Below are positions 28,850 to 42,649 of a stretch of DNA of 64,000 nucleotides, in pieces (the stretch's first letter is position 1; the number at the start of each line of letters is the position of its first letter). The position numbers and the translations under genes are program-made. The stretch is from Eledone cirrhosa (taxonomy: Eukaryota): the NCBI GenBank assembly GCA_964016885.1, contig OZ024744.1:44206001-44270000 (forward strand), written 5' to 3'. Below the pieces are notes generated by a model. It was not told the origin of the DNA. It ran no database searches and was given only the letters and a program-made list of their open reading frames with translations.

Positions 28850-30300
28850 ACCTAACCTGTAATCCTTCCTCCACCAACTCCACACCCGCCTCATACACTT
28901 TCTCCAACCCGCCTGCTACCTTCAACCCACACTCCAACTCTCCTACCTCATCTTTGCTAAGACCCAGCATTCCAGCCACATCCAATTCCACAGCCATTAC
29001 CTCCATCTCCAGCTCCAGCTCATCCCCCACAGATTCCGACTCTATTTCCACGCCTCCCCCCTCTTGTTAGCCTCAATCCAACATATCCTCACCAGCTCCT
29101 CCCGTCTCCTCATGCGTGTCTCACTCCGCTCCTCCCCTCTCCTCATGCACGTCTCACTCCGCTCCTCCCATCTCCTCATGCGTGTCTCACTCCGCTCCTC
29201 CCGTCTCCTCATGCATGTCTCACTCCGCTCCTCCCTCTCTACTATCCGCAACCTCAACTGCAACCTACCCCAAACCCTTCTTCACCTCAACTCCACCTGT
29301 CACCCTCTCCTCACCCGCTCCGTCCTTTTCATCCACAACCTCAACCATGATCTCTTCTCTTTCTTCACCTCCACCAAGCCCCACAAATTCAACTCACTCT
29401 TTCCCCCAACCACCACCACTCCACCTAACACATCCACCCCTCTTAACCCCTCCACCCCCACATACCCCTCCTCCACCTCTTAACCCCATCCACCCCCACA
29501 TACCCCTCCACCCCTTCATCACCACCCCACCTAACCCACCCACCCCCACATACCCCTCCACCCATACCTACCCTCCCACCCCTATCTAAACTATACACCC
29601 CCACCCATACCTTGCCACCCAACTAACACAACTAACACCCTACCCCCACCTAAACCCTCCACCCATACCTCCCCCCACTAACACTAACCTCTTCCCCCAC
29701 ACGCCCAACCACCCACTCACCTCCCCCTCTCCCTTGACCTACCCCTACTATCACCACTAACCTCTACTCACACACACCCATACCTCACCACCCAACTAAC
29801 ACCAGACCCACACCAATCTCCTCACACCACCAACCCCTCTACCCATACCTTCCCCTTCCCCTCTAACACTAACCTCTTCCCTTACATCCCCAACCACCCA
29901 CTCAACCTTCTCTCCCTTCACCTACCCCTACTATAACCACACACACCTCGCCACCCAACTAACACAACTAACACCAGACCCACACCAATCTCCTCACACC
30001 ACCAACCTCTCTACCCATACCTTCCCCTTCCCCTCCACTAACACTAACCTCTTCCCCTACATCCTCAACCACCCACTCAACCTTCTCTCCCTTCACCTAC
30101 CCCTACTATAACCACACACACCTTGCCACCCAACTAACACCCATCCCCTCCATCACTAACCTACTAATAACGCCACCCCACGCACACCTACCTACCAGTA
30201 ACCGCCTTATCTCACCCCATTTCCTCCACCCCGCCACCCTCTAATCCACTGACTCACCACCAGACACCCCCACCCACGGCCCTACCCCACCCTTGGTTTA
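28850..30300 (+). mobile_element. C-rich decayed Penelope-like N-terminal region with internal minisatellites
   Basis: HSSHIQF..LIPHRFRLYFHASP..IQHILTSSSRLLMRVSL resembles PLE N-termini (recalled family pattern); 33-bp unit x4 at 29095-29235; about 170-190-bp C-rich units at 29595-30140. Confidence 0.4.
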
Positions 30301-31135
30301 GTCCTTTCCCTCCTTATACCACAAAAACACGCACCTACACCCTGAAACACACACACACACAAATACCAGTATATACGCTCACATACGCGTATGTACCCAT
30401 CAAAAGAGTGATTGACAGAGCCTTGCCACACACACCGACTATCTCTCCTCGCATGACCACTACGCTTTCTACACACACATTTTACCATACGTTATCCCTG
30501 CCCGGACTCTGATTTTCTTGCTTCCCCCTTCTCTTTCTCTTCGCCTCCACCCACCCCTATACACACTACCACACCCATCCTAGACCTATACACTCCACCC
30601 ACCACTTTATTTTCACTTTTATTTAAAATCTGCTTTTTATATCTATTTTTATTTTGCCCCTTCTTTTCGTGTTCTTTACTTGTTTACTTCCCTCCTTACT
30701 CCCTCTTGGAGTTCCTTTCCTGCGTTTTGTTTGTTTTTTCTAATTATATATATATATATGTACACACACACACATATATATACGAAGGGAGACTGTCCGC
30801 CTCTAGTTTGTGTCTCCTTACCTTCTAACTCCCGTTATCAGTAACCATACAGCCCCTCCTCTCATTCATATTTATGCTATTTATTGCTGTGACCTTCGCT
30901 CTCTCCTCTCTACCAATCACACTCACGCCCTCTGCCTTCTACCCCCTCTCGCTTCCGTTTCTCTCTTTCTGCTGTTGTTTTCGCTGAGGACAGACGTGGA
31001 ATACCTAGCTGCTTTATTATGGCCTCGGGCTTAAACCCAACGGCTTTTTTTAAACTTCATCTCCATTCTCTCGGTTACTTGCTTACATGTACCATTGTCC
31101 CGTGTCCCCCTTCCATTGGTGTGTTTATTTTTTTT

Positions 31136-31180
<45 letters not shown>

Positions 31181-31807
31181 AAAAAGTGTGGACGTTTGAA
31201 AACGTTCTATCTTTCTATACAAATCACGTTGTATGAAATAAAAGAAAAGGCACCTTGTATAAATTTAAAGATGAGAGGACTTTATAACATAGACCAAAAG
31301 TTGTTTAGCGTAACTTGCTTTCTTAGTTTCTTTTAAACATTAATTGTCCTTTTCTTCAGACTCCAGCATTCTGTTTTTCGACTGCTTAGTTAGGGTCGCC
31401 TCTATCCTTGCTAAAGTAAGGAGGGATGTACCTTGTTTTGGGGGTGTGCGTTTGTTGACCCTTGCGTATATATATATATATATATAATTTCATTTGAGTA
31501 TTGGTGGAAGATAGCATGAAAACCATTTACCTCCTCCTACTCTCATCAACACCAAACACCAGAGTGAGTGGGAGGGGTCGTGACGAGTAGACAAAAAGCG
31601 AGAGAGAGATTGAAAGAGAGAGGAACTGAGATATCGACAAATGGAAGATAAAATTCATTAATACTTCTTCAGATTTTCCATATATTTATACATTCATCTA
31701 TTTATTTTAAAATTAACTGTGTTAGATTATATTTATATATGAAACATTATGTAAAGAATAAATAATGTTGATAAGTGTGTTTTGTTTCTCTATCATGTTC
31801 TGTTTAT

Positions 31808-31871
<64 letters not shown>

Positions 31872-31873
<2 letters not shown>

Positions 31874-32502
31874 TCGTGTAGCACCCATCCACAATCTGAG
31901 TGAGTCTCTTGGTCAGTGTCCAAGTCTCAGACCCATACAGCAGCACAGACTCCACTACAGCAATGAAGAGGCGGATTTTCAGGTCTCTACGAAGGTCCGA
32001 CTTCCACACCGATCTCAAGCTGTGACACGCCGCCCAGGCCTTGCTCTTCCTCTCAACCACATCATCTTCCGTATTCCCAATCTTTGCTCCCAAATACAGG
32101 AAGTCCTCAACCAATTCCAGCGGCTTCCCGCCTACATTAGTGATCCCCTCTGGCTTCTCAACATTCTCTACCAGATATTTTGTTTTAGTCTCATTCATTC
32201 TCAGCCCCACACTCATCGACACAGTCTCAACCTCCCGCATCAAATCCTCTGCCTCCTTCACTGTATTTGTCACCAAAACTATGTCGTCGGCAAATTCAGC
32301 ATCCGATACCTTTTTCGCCCCAACTCTCCTGCTCTGAGCCGGTGCTACAGTAAAGCCAGAGTCCTGGTGTTTCTCCAGTGCAAGGCGCATACAATAGTCC
32401 ACTACGATGATAAAAAGGTAGGGAGCCAATGTATCTCCCTGGAGCACTCCAGCCAGTATCTCAAAGAACTCTGACATCCCATCAGGTGTAATGACTTGGG
32501 CT
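31872..32502 (-). mobile_element. RTE-clade LINE RT fragment flanked by (TA)n
   Basis: GVLQGDTLAPYLFIIV, FADD, FLYLG, SVLLYGSETWTLT. Confidence 0.85.
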
Positions 32503-32509
32503 TATATAT

Positions 32510-33100
32510 ATATATTTAATGTATAATAAACAGTACAATATAATTACCTCATTACCAGAGGTTTCCTGAATAAGACGAATACAAGAAACGTCCGCATTCG
32601 TTCGTCAGACAAGGCAATTTAAAACATAGTGAAATATTTGAAAAATCTCAAGAAAGGCTAAATGTTTAACGGGCAAGAAAAAAATAAGTGTGATTTCGTG
32701 TGTGGGTATGACACAAAACAAATTCAAAACACGATATTACTCACATGTCGCATCTTTCCGACATCCTAAAAAAAGATTTGCAACAACTCAGGCTAGCAGA
32801 ATATGGGATTTGATGGACCAAGGTATCCAATATAAACTATATTGGTCAATTTTGAACCGATCTAAGGAATACGCAAGATAACCAGAAGATGTGCACTATG
32901 CACAAGTGAAAAATATTGGATTTTACAGAATCTTAAATCACCCAAAACACTGCCTAAATACAAAAACAGATATTTTCACCAGTTGCCCACACATGAAATC
33001 ACACGTGCTTTCCAGCTCATATAAAAACTTAACTCACTTTCAAACACTTATCATCCATAAACTCTTGTTTTTCACTTTCTTTAACTTACCTTCTTTATAG
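32510..33100 (+). mobile_element. Penelope-like (Naiad-type) GIY-YIG 3' fragment preceded by a terminal-repeat segment
   Basis: VGMTQNKFKTRYYSH..SFRH..YWSIL..CALC..LNTKTDIFTSCPH; 32518-32685 is an inverted copy of 45050-45210. Confidence 0.7.
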
Positions 33101-34782
33101 ACTTCTTAATCAGTTTTACATATCTTTTATTTTTACTTTACATCCACAAGTAGAACCCTCCCTTCTATTTGATTCATTAACTGTATATCTTAACAATTAT
33201 ACATTATTTACATTTATTTTACTTCCCCCTTTTCTTTCACTACCAGACATCAAATGTCACTTGTGTTTTTAACTCCAGATATATTTCGTTGTACCTCAGC
33301 CACTTTTATGTATATATACTTGCGCTTGTGTACCCATTTATTCATACGGCTGTTTTTTGTATGTATGTATGCGTATGTGTGCATGTATATGTATACGTGT
33401 TTGTATATGTATACGAACGCATTCGTGTGTGCGCGTGTATGTGTGCATGTGTGTGTGTGTGCGTTTACGTATATGTGTTTTTACATGTATATATACACTT
33501 ATTTATTTATTTACGTAAAGTTCGGAGCGTATGTGCATAAACACTTACTCGCCGTACTGTATTATTGCAGTATTGTGTACGTAGACAGAGCCGTTATATG
33601 TAAAAGAAACAAAAGAACGCTTACATACTCAAACAGTTTTTATTCACTAACAATGTTTAATCCTGACCTTTAGGCAGGAATCATCAGAGCTCAACAAATA
33701 CCATGTTGAGTATAAGCTCCACAATAAGTTAGTCACATGAACAATCAGAACAAATAATATGGGGATTGGAGATAGCTAACAAAGAGGTTCATGCTTGGGT
33801 TACTAAGCTTCACTGCAAAATACCAAGGTACAATTGGATTCAACAAGATGAAGACACAGTAGATGGCACTCAAAAATGTAGAATGTAAAATTAAAAAGTT
33901 TGAAAGCACTAAAAAGTACATAATAAATACATAAAAATACATAAGAAATACATAAAAAATACATAAAAATATATAAAAAATACATTAAGAAATACAGGCA
34001 AATGTTGAAACATAATATAAATTATATGAAAGTAATAAAAAATATAAAAATAAAGATAAAAAATAATAATAGAGATAATATAACATGAAATGAAGAAAAA
34101 TAAAATAAAATCCAATAAAGAAAAGTAATTAAATAAAAATATACTAAAAATAAATTAAAATACAATAAATTAATATAAAAAAATATAAAATAATAATAAA
34201 TGATAATAAAATAATAAAATTATATAATAATAAGATAAAATTAAATTAAAAGGATTAAAAATATTTAATAACTTGAGAAAACGTTATATTTTATGAGTCC
34301 TTAGAGAAGCAAGTAATCACAAGCGCAGTTCCTAGCAACACAAGCGAGTAGAATGTCAGTAGTCTATATACAGGCGTGAATAGATCTTTTTGGTACATCA
34401 CAAAGGACCACATACTATACATACACACAGTATATCAGTAGGTACTCAAACTAGGTAGCCAATTGGTGTCACAAGTATATATAAAGGTATCACAAAGGCA
34501 CAGGCCTCACTCAAGTAAATGTGGTTAATCAGGCCTCACTCAAGTAAATGTGGTTAATATATGGTATTGCTGAGTGAAACAAAAACAAGTAAATACATTT
34601 AAGGCATAAAAAGAGGACATGCATAAGCAGGTTTAGGTTAGTGTGCGATAGAATTTAAGCAGTTGATATATTAGTTGTTATAAAAGTTGTTATAATTGGC
34701 AAAGTTATTATTCATGCATAATTAGCAATACAAGCAGGACTAATTGTTTACATATCGAACATATTATATATACATATACATA

Positions 34783-35278
34783 TGTACAGCCACCGGAAAT
34801 AACATCTGGGAAATATACAGCGCCATCTACCTGTTAACTAGCTACCTCAACGTGAAACAAAAGAACCCTTAAAAGCTACCAGAATAAAGGCCTACACAGC
34901 GGCTAAACATCAAACGATTATTTCTGTATAAATAGAGTGGTTCCTAACACTTCACCAGTCGACATTTGGCAGAGTCAGCTAGCGCATTGTTGTTCCTTTA
35001 CTCTGCCACGTTTTGTCACTCACACACGCCTTGTACCTCGTATCATCGCTTCATGTGAAAATAAATAGCTGATCGAATTTACATCTCGCCTTGCTTCGTC
35101 CTTTCAACTTGTGCTTTCGTCTGTCCATCCTCAACAGTTCTTTTAAGGGCTATATGCGACAACAGCCCTTTTAAGGGCTATCTTCAGATCTGATCAGACC
35201 GTATGCGATAACAGTCCTAAGGGCTATTCTCGGATCTGATCAGAAGTAGTGACCAGACTGACTAACCACGTCGCTACA
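34783..35278 (+). repeat. 5' LTR (496 bp)
   Basis: About 15 substitutions and two indels versus the 3' LTR; TATAAA and AATAAA inside. Confidence 0.96.
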
Positions 35279-35280
35279 AT

Positions 35281-35297
35281 TGGTGACCCGGACGTGA
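35281..35297 (+). promoter_or_regulatory. Primer binding site, tRNA-Trp
   Basis: TGGTGACCCGGACGTGA is complementary (one mismatch) to the conserved tRNA-Trp 3' end, 2 nt after the LTR. Confidence 0.85.
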
Positions 35298-35441
35298 GTC
35301 GAACGCGCAACCAGACAGCACTTAAGAAGATACCAACATGGACATGTCGCAACCAACGACAGAGGCCGAGATTTTAGAGCTGCGGGCTATGATCAGAGAG
35401 CGGCTGGTCAAATTAAAGCCCTCTCGAATCAAGTAGAGAAC

Positions 35442-38400
35442 TTGATCTTTCAAACACACCGGCGACGCAGCAACAGTCGATCCAGACCTTTTCACATTCG
35501 AAGATCCAGTAGTCCCAGGCAAAATCGTGTGCCTGGCAACCTCTACTGGTATCACTCAAATTTCGGCGCGCAGGCATCTAAGTGCAAAGCCCCGTGCTCT
35601 TTCCGGAATACCACCCAGGGCTTAGCGACGACGTTCACCCCTGGTACTGAAAAGAAAAGTCGTCTATTTTTTATTAACGACCAGGCGACAGTCATCCGTT
35701 ACCTCGTGGATAGAGAAGCCCAGGTCAGTGTTATTCCTGTTTCACTAATCTCGGGCAAAAGACACCCAACCCCGTCCTTTCTGCAAGCAGTGAACCGATC
35801 GTCAATTCCGACTTTCGGGGAAAAATCACTGACCCTCAATTTAGGCCTCAGGTGGCGTTATCAATGGGTGTTCGTCGTGGCAGACCTGCCGACTCCTATC
35901 CTAGGAGCCGATTTTCTCCACCACTTCAACCTTCTGGTGGATATGAAGAACCGGAGACTTATTGACACTACCACAAACCTCACTGTGAGAGGTATATTTA
36001 CGACGCAAACCACAGTGAGCCCTGTAATTTGCCAGTCAGAGCCTTCGAGGTACAACGGCATTCTCCAGAAATACCCAGAGATCACTCGCCCGGTATTTAA
36101 GGATGGACCTATTAAGCATAGTGTCACACACCACATCGAGACAAAGGGACCACCCACAGCTGCCCAACCAAGGAGACTGCCTCCAGACCGATTGAGAATC
36201 GCCAAGCGGGAGTTTCAACACATGCTGGACCTCGGAATCATTCGCCCTTCCTCCAGCAACTGGTCTGCACCCCTACACCTTGTTCCTAAAAAAACCGAGA
36301 ATGATTGGAGACCATGTGGGGATTATCGTACACTTAACAATTCTACAGTGCCCGATAATTACCCTGTACCTCACCTGCACGATTTTTCTGCCTCTCAGCA
36401 AGGTGCACGCATCTTTTCCAAGATAGATTTGGTACGTGCATACAACCAAATACCTATGGAGCCTGCAGATATTCCGAAGACCGCAATCACAACGCCGTTC
36501 GGTTTATTCGAATTCCTGCGGATGCCGTTCGGTCTGCGCAACGCTGCACAAACTTTGCAGCGATTTATTGACACCGTCTTACGCGATCTACCCTTCGTAT
36601 ACGTGTATTTTGACGACGTGCTGGTAGCAAGTACTTCCGAGCAGGAACACGAGAAGCACTTAGATCTCCTTTTCCAACGTCTGGCTGAGTACGGTATCAT
36701 CATCAACCCCAGCAAGTGCCTTCTCGGCGTTCCTTCACTGTCCTTTCTCGGGCACATCATCGATAAAGACGGCATTCGTCCACTTCCCGAGAAAGTAGAA
36801 GCTATCCGCAGTTTTCCCGCACCTACATCACTTCGGAAACTGCGTGAATTCCTCGGTCTGGTGAATTTTTATAGGCGGTTTATCCCTCATTGTTCCGACG
36901 CAGCCAGACTCCTCACGGACCTTCTTCGTAACCGGACTCGCAAAAACGAAGAGATCACTCTAAACGAGGAAGAATTAACATCTTTTAACCGCCTGAAGGA
37001 AATGTTGGCAAACGCTTCCATGCTTGTTTTCCCCAGGTCTTGCGCTCCTCTTTCGCTGCTAGTGGACGCATCAGACATGGGGGTTGGAGGCGTTCTACAA
37101 CAGCATGTCGACAGCGTGTGGCAACCCTTATCCTTCTTTTCTAAGCGGTTGCAACCGGAACAAACGAAATACAGTACCTTTGGGCGCGAAGTCTTGGCAA
37201 CCTATCTTTCGGTTAAGCATTTTCGTCACATGCTCGAAGGATCAGATTTCGTGATCTACACGGACCATAAACCACTAGTTTATGCGTTCCGTACCAAACC
37301 TGATCGACATTCACCGAGAGAACTCCGACACCTGGATTTTGTCTCCCAATATTCAACTGATATTCGGCATATCAAGGGAACAGACAACGTAGCAGCCGAC
37401 GCCCTGTCCCGAATCCAGCTGAACGCAATACATGTGCATTCAGGCATCGACCTTCAACAGATCGCAGCTGACCAAGAGACTGACGAAGAGTTTATCAAAC
37501 TCCGAGATTCGCCATCCCTCAAGTTTCAGCAAGTTCCCATTCCTTCTTCTCCGGGACAAATTTGGTGCGACTTTTCTACCGGTCATGAACGACCGTACGT
37601 ACCACAGATGCATCGTCGACAAGTTTTTTCTGCTTTACACTTCTTGTCTCACATGGGAATCCGGGCTACACAGAAACTCATCTCTGCTCGTTTTGTGTGG
37701 ACTAACATTAACAAGGACGTGCGCGACTGGTCCAGGAGCTGCATTGCTTGCCAGAAAGCCAAAGTCCACAGACACATCAAAACTCCACTCGGCACATTCG
37801 CGCAACCTGATGCACGTTTTCATCATGTGCATATCGACATCGTCGGACCTCTACCACCATCACAGAACTACACACACTTGCTCACCTGCATAGATCGATT
37901 TTCCCGTTGGCCTGAGGCTTTTCCCATAAATGATACCTCAGCGGAAACAGTCGTAAAACTTTGGTTTTACACTGGGTATCACGTTATGGCGCCCCAGCGA
38001 AGATAACAACGGACAGAGGACGCCAATTTGACTCCCACCTCTTCAGGGAACTGACTCGCCTGTTAGGATGTAAACACATCCGCACGACAGCTTATCACCT
38101 GCAAGCTAATGGTCTCGTGGAACGATTCCATCGCCAATTGAAAGCTGCAATAAAAGCATATCCATACAAGACCCACTGGTTTGAATACCTACCACTTATC
38201 CTTCTGGGCATTCGATCCACCGTTAAGGAGGAATTCGGACACACACCTGCAGAATTAGTGTACGGCACCACCCTCGTTCTACCTGGTCAGATGGTTGCTC
38301 CCATCTCTCAGGATGTTCCAGACCCAGGATCATACGTACACCGTCTTCAACAATATATGTCTCACCTTGCTTCTGCAAGCACCCGTCAACAGAACACGGC

Positions 38401-38728
38401 CACACATGTACCTTCAGACATTAAAGATTGGACACACGTTTTCGTTCGAAACGACACCATCTCAGCTCATCTTCGACCTCTATATTCTGGCCCTTGTCGT
38501 GTTCTATAAAAATATCCGAAATATTTTATTCTCGATCTAGATGGTAAACAGAATTCTGTCAGCGTGGACAGATTAAAAAAAGCCATCATGGATACTGTTA
38601 CAGTCTCTACACCAGAAACTCCAACAGATTGCTGTCTCAGCAAGCCACCTGTTTCATCTCCAGTCACGAGAAGTGGACGACGCGTCCATTGGCCCGCCAA
38701 GTTGGCACAATATGTGAATTACCGTTAA
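35442..38728 (+). pseudogene. pol: Gag C-terminus and Pol polyprotein (PR, RT, RNase H, integrase), frameshifted near 37960 and with a later stop
   Basis: YWYH-x9-C-x3-C; LVDREAQVS (decayed DTGA); RMPFGLRNA; YFDD; DAS; YTDHKPL; HHCC; DIVGPLP; TDRGRQF; NGLVERFHR. Confidence 0.93.
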
Positions 38729-39651
38729 CCTCAAGTGAGTTTCTTCATCATTCTTCTTGTAAAACATTCCCATTTCCCTTGTGTTGTTTCAAATCCAATG
38801 AACTTTCTGCTTGAACAATTGCAATTTTTAGTGACCATGTGCTCATGTCACGAGGAACATTATTTATTATGAACATTATTTATTACAAACACTATTTAAG
38901 AACAAACATTGTGTATATCATTGTGTATAACATTTTTTTTCTTCTCTCTCTCTTGTTTTACAAAAATTTTGATTGTTCTTTTTCTGTAACATTGATTGTG
39001 TAATTGCCATAATTTTTATATACATACACGGCGTGTACATATTCTGTTTTTCATGCACACTACAAAACCACGTTTGTTTAACCTTTTGGTTCATACACTG
39101 AGCAATAGATATCTGTGTCCCTTTAACTCTTACACTACAAAATGTTTTCTCTTTGATCACGCATTTCACAAATCGCATCCTCAAAACACTGGCCTTCTTT
39201 TTTCACGTACACATTCACTCAATAGCTCGAGAATGCCTCGCTATTTTTTTACCACATGCATTCGCTCAAGTCATATGCTGTGGAGCAAACTGTTACTTTT
39301 AGGCAGCATGCTTACGGCCATTCAGTTCACACATTACGGTTATCTTCACTGCCCAGTTAGACTTTTTGTCACGTAATTCACAGGCAGCTCAACCCAAATT
39401 GCAACAGGCTCATTCATCACGCTTGCATAAATCTGGTCAAAGTCCTTTTATAGTTTATTTCATTTTTCTCTTCCTGACACACACATCATGCCATATCATC
39501 TCTACATCGACTCTGTCCTGTACTCGATGATCACAACATTTCACAACGTGCTGGACACTCCTGGGGCTATTGTCATGACAAATGCACCACTGGCCCATTA
39601 CTATACGATATTTTGCTCTTTTGTTGTACAAAAGATCTGGCAGGGGTATAA

Positions 39652-40122
39652 TGTACAGCCACCGGAAATAACATCTGTGAAATATACAGCGCCATCTACC
39701 TGTTAGCTAGCTACCTCAACGTGAAACAAAAGAACCCTTAAAAGCTACCAGAATAAAGGCCTACACAGCGGCTAAACATCAAACGATTATTTCTGTATAA
39801 ATAGAGTGGTTCCAAACACTTCACCAGTCGACATTTGGCAGAGTCAGCTAGCGTATCGTTGTTCCTCGCCTCTGCCACGCTTTGTCACTCACACACGCCT
39901 TGTACCTCGTATCGTCGATTCATGTGAAAATAAATAGCTGATTGAATTTACATCTCACCTTGCTTCGTCCTTTCAATTTGTGCTTTCATCTGTCCATCCT
40001 CAACAGTTCTTTTAAGGGCTATCTTCAGATCTGATCAGACCGTATGCGATAACAGTCCTTCTAAGGGCTATTCTCGGATCTGATCAGAAGTAGTGACCAG
40101 ACTGACTAACCACGTCGCTACA
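39652..40122 (+). repeat. 3' LTR (471 bp)
   Basis: Direct repeat of 34783-35278, preceded by the purine tract ggcaggggtataa. Confidence 0.96.
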
Positions 40123-40129
40123 CATACAT

Positions 40130-40203
<74 letters not shown>

Positions 40204-40899
40204 TTATATGGTCACTGGTTAAATATACGTAGTAGTATATTAAGCATAACAATTACATCATAACTCAAGAAAATGCATGCTGGATTACTACAATAAACAA
40301 CCACTCCATGCAGAAAATCACAGGTCAACATTAAAACCTTGTTCAAGAATCATTTCAAGCCAATTCACCACACACAATTCTGTCACCAACATGTGAATAG
40401 AATTTCAGGTCACAGCAAAAACGATCAGCACAACCAACGAGTCTAAACAAAACAAACGGAAATCAGCACTCGTGTACCAATTGTTAAATACACTAAATAT
40501 CTTAGCATGTTTTCTAAAAATGGTCAAATTCAAATATATAATCAGAGATGAAATGGAATAGATACAAAATAAAGATAAAATTACAAATACAGTTTACATA
40601 CCACTAAAATTAAATTAAAATAATTGTTTCTACTATTGGCACAAGGCCAGCAATTATCCAGTACATTACTGGTACTTTATTTTATCGAGTTGTTACAGAA
40701 ATAACGTTGTACTCAGGTGGTCTCTGTGTACATTAAATGATGATGTTTCAGCTGTTAAAGAGATGACGTTGTACTCAGGATGTGATTGAAAAGGGGATAA
40801 CTCTGATTATTCATCTAATTGGTATTTAATTCAGACTAAAATCAGATTAAAGAGAAATGAATATAAGTAGTAAAATTATAAGTTCAGTAACTTCACCCC

Positions 40900-42430
40900 A
40901 TCCTACCTCCCCCCAGTCCCTACCCCACCAACACCGCACTAACACACATCCCACCACATTACTCCACCCCATAGCCCACTATACCCTGGTAGATCTAACC
41001 ACATCACACCTCTCCAAACTACAATACAATACACACCATAACACTAAACTACAGGATATCACCCCTACACCAATAGACACCGCAATACTCCACCACATCA
41101 CACCACACCAATCCCTCAGACAACCAAACCACTCGACACCACACCATACCGCTCCACCAATTCAACCACCATATACCACGCCACACCAAACACCGTTATA
41201 ACCTACCACTCCCAGAAGCATTATACTACTGTATACCCCATCCCACTTCACTGCCCCAGGACCAGTAAAACATATCCAACCTCAAACTACGCACTTCAAT
41301 ATTGGGAAAAATTAGACCGCGTTACACCACAGAACACCACACCAAACCACAGTACACCAGACTACAACACTAAAAACACCCCACCGCCATACCCAATCCT
41401 CACAAAATTACAAACACTACATAATACTACACCTCAGCAAATCATACCAAATTCCCTTACACCACCCTACACTACAATACATCACATCACACTAAAATAC
41501 CCCACTCCTCACCACGCTGCACTACATTACTACACACTAGATCCCACTTCACCATACACAGCCACATCACCTCATACCACACTATACTACCACACAACAC
41601 AACCACATACTTCTCACACCCCTCCAAACTCAAAAACTCACCACTGCAGACTATATTATTCCACACCTGAGTCCAGTGAGTATAGCAACTGAAGCTGCCC
41701 CAGTGGCAACAATGTCCGACACCTTATTTCAATCATCACGATACAGCACATCACATCATAACACTACATTACACTCCACCCTACTAATCCACTGGACACC
41801 TATTCATACTACCCAACACCTAGCTATACTACACTACATCCCACCAAATTGCAAACATTCGATTCAACCACACCAATGCCATCACCCCTACTACAGTACG
41901 CCTATACACTCCACAACAAATCAAATCAAGTACACCGCAATACGTCACATGACCCTATCAACTACACCACAGGATACTGTACTACATTACACTACACTAA
42001 ACCATAATGCTAAGCAACATTGGATAGTACACCAAACCACACTGCACTATACAGTATCTAAATATACAACACCACATCATCCCTTACAAGGACCTAACTA
42101 AATAAAACTATCTTACACTTCAGTACACAACATCGCCTATGTCCATACCATAGTACAGCACAAATAACTCGATAAGATACATCACAGTTCACCACTCAAT
42201 ACATCATTACACCACAATAAAATACAAGTATCACACCACACCTATGTACACCACACCACTCCACACCATCCTTCATCACCGCGCACTACACTACACTATA
42301 TCACACATATTATACCACAATACACTAGACCACACCCAGATACACCCACACTAAAATACACCAGAGCCACACTAATTACACCACCCCATACATTCAAAAC
42401 CACACCACAGTAGACTATACCAATATACAC
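40900..42430. repeat. Degenerate CAC/TAC pentamer-based satellite
   Basis: G-poor ACACC/ACACT/ACAAT periodicity resembling an old version of the 48830-57252 array. Confidence 0.7.
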
Positions 42431-42649
42431 ACTATGAATTCAATAGGGTTAAGCAGCGGTACTGTACAAGGAGGAGTGATACATCAGCAGAGCTAAGTAA
42501 TAGGTTTATAGTGGTAAAATGAATGAAGTTTCATGTGAATACAAGATGAGAAAATCTCAGATTTCCTATTCAGTAATTCGCAGTTAGAGTAAACTATGGC
42601 ATGAGACTCAAGCAGGCAGAGGTTACAAGTTTTGATCGGGGGCGGTAGG

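Larger units (their letters stand above)
34783..40122 (+). mobile_element. Complete Gypsy/Ty3 LTR retrotransposon, CsRn1-like lineage, gag-deleted
   Basis: TG..CA LTRs 34783-35278 and 39652-40122; CATA TSD at 34779-34782 and 40123-40126; PBS at 35281; PPT at 39638-39651; PR-RT-RH-IN order. Confidence 0.96.

Noticed and set aside
33630-33695. Additional hammerhead candidates (also near 27240 and 30985)
   Set aside because: CTGANGA is present but GAAA or stem I is missing.
34501-34558. 29-bp perfect tandem duplication
   Set aside because: Isolated slippage duplication with no further structure.
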